A stretch of 63,059 bases of DNA, filler included, from Dicyema japonicum (taxonomy: Eukaryota; Animalia; Dicyemida): the NCBI GenBank assembly GCA_011109175.1. It is 5 parts of 5 records of this genome, joined end to end, with 100 filler letters (N's around TTAATTAATTAA, not from the genome) between each part and the next. Parts side by side here need not be neighbours in the genome. Positions count along the whole stretch, not along the records: positions 59,483 to 63,059 come from RDEW01000331.1; 4 more parts are not named here. The stretch is one strand, 5' to 3'. Of the stretch, positions 61,885-63,059 are shown piece by piece. The number at the start of each line of letters is the position of its first letter. Positions within the stretch are counted from its first letter, which is position 1. The position numbers were made by a program, and so were the translations under genes. The notes beneath the pieces were generated by a model. That model was given only the letters and a program-made list of their open reading frames with translations, had not been told where the DNA came from and did not search any database.

Positions 61885-62613
61885 TGATTAATGGTAGACA
61901 TGTGTCCTTCCATGTAGTATGAACGACACCAGAAATGTAACAATGTCCAGTCCAACAGTTCTTTTCTGTTATAGACTAGTTTGTTTTGTTGCTTTCTGTA
62001 CAAAAAACCTTCGATTTACTAGAAATGTGAACTTATTAAAATTGTGTTGTAAATACAAGACTAACTAGGTGTTGACAAAAACGATCGGTCTTGTATCAAA
62101 GTACATAAACACAAATACATGATTACCACACTTGACACCTCGTACATTGCAAGCACAGTTTATGTTGTCCACTTTTTTTCGCCGTCCTCACCACCACTCG
62201 ACTGCTTTCTGTTCATTTTCTTGACATAAAAATTACACTTTTGTAGGTAAATAGACAACAAATAAGCCAATCGTCCTCAATTTTCGAAGTGAGACCAGGA
62301 ACTGCTTTCTCGAGTGTTGTAGGGAGAGGTGATCGTTCTCGTAGAATAGAGGGGATAGTCCATGGGGAGTAATATTGCACTCTAGGGAAGGGCACCTCCT
62401 TCGTCTACTGCTTTGATTTGAGCTTTGGAGGGGTAGTTCAGTGGAAGGTGATGCAGTACTCTTCGATTGAATATGGTGAAATATTGTCGACGGAATCTGC
62501 CCGACCACCGCATAAATAACACTCGTTTACCCCAATAAACTTGTTTGTTTATATTATCTAGAAAGGAGTGATAAAAAAGTGTAGTGATAAAATATACACG
62601 ACAGTTGTTTGTG

Positions 62614-63059
62614 ATGGGGGCTGACGATATCTCGGATATTGCATAAACTAATGGGGAGCAAGCCGATAAAGATAATAATGCGTATTAGTGAGTAATTGAG
62701 GGAGTAGTGGGGCTGGATGGGGCAGGCAAGACAACAATTCTGTCCTCTCTCAAGATGGGCGTGGTGGTGAGCACTATTCCTACGCTCGGTTGGTGTTGTC
62801 ATCCCCACCAGGCTTCAACGTGGAGACTGTCGACTACAAGAACATCACATTCACTGTCCTCGATATTGGTGGACAGGCCAACATCCGCAGTCTGTGGAGT
62901 CGTTTCTACGAGGGGTCCCAGGTAGTCCTCGTCCGTGACTGAAGGGACTCATCTATGTCGTCGACTCCAATGACCGACTCCGCATTGACGAGTCCAAGTC
63001 AGTCCTCGCCTCCCTCGTCCTCCCCCCTCCACATTCGTAGTTGCAGGAGTCTGCTCTCC
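62614..63059 (+). CDS. Divergent Arf-family small GTPase, 3' end truncated by the window
   Basis: Introns 62682-62707 (26), 62789-62811 (23), 62922-62944 (23) and 63017-63040 (24 nt) give [16 protein letters not shown]...[34 protein letters not shown]...[10 protein letters not shown]. One extra G after the ATG. Confidence 0.9.

Overview
Eukaryotic, repeat-rich draft-assembly sequence. It is not one locus: five scaffolds (1-29211, 29312-56328, 56429-57942, 58043-59382, 59483-63059) are joined by artificial 100-nt spacers (44 N + TTAATTAATTAA + 44 N). Scaffolds 1 and 2 are AT-rich and dominated by decayed transposons: CRE-clade and R4/NeSL-like RLE LINEs, Ingi/I-like LINEs with 2A-like peptides, RTE-like LINEs, and hAT and pogo DNA transposons. 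Between them lie host genes split by very short 20-28 nt GT-AG introns, which the ORF track fragments: three C-type lectins, an LRRD1-like LRR/death-domain gene, RPL18A, a small PPxY membrane protein and an ABT1/ESF2 pseudogene. Scaffold 2 ends in a 58-bp satellite of about 4.4 kb. Scaffold 3 is entirely a tandem array of 105-112 bp units, each carrying a tRNA-derived Pol III cassette (A box, B box, T-run) that no longer folds as a tRNA; a solo homologue sits at 858-932. The last scaffold is visibly more GC-rich, gene-dense and has no recognisable transposons (BAG6, a possible NRF1-like gene, a divergent Arf), but shows the same micro-introns. An animal-type LRRD1 plus 20-28 nt introns points by inference to a miniaturised metazoan parasite such as a dicyemid. 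Many short direct duplications flanking single 'n' bases are assembly artefacts.
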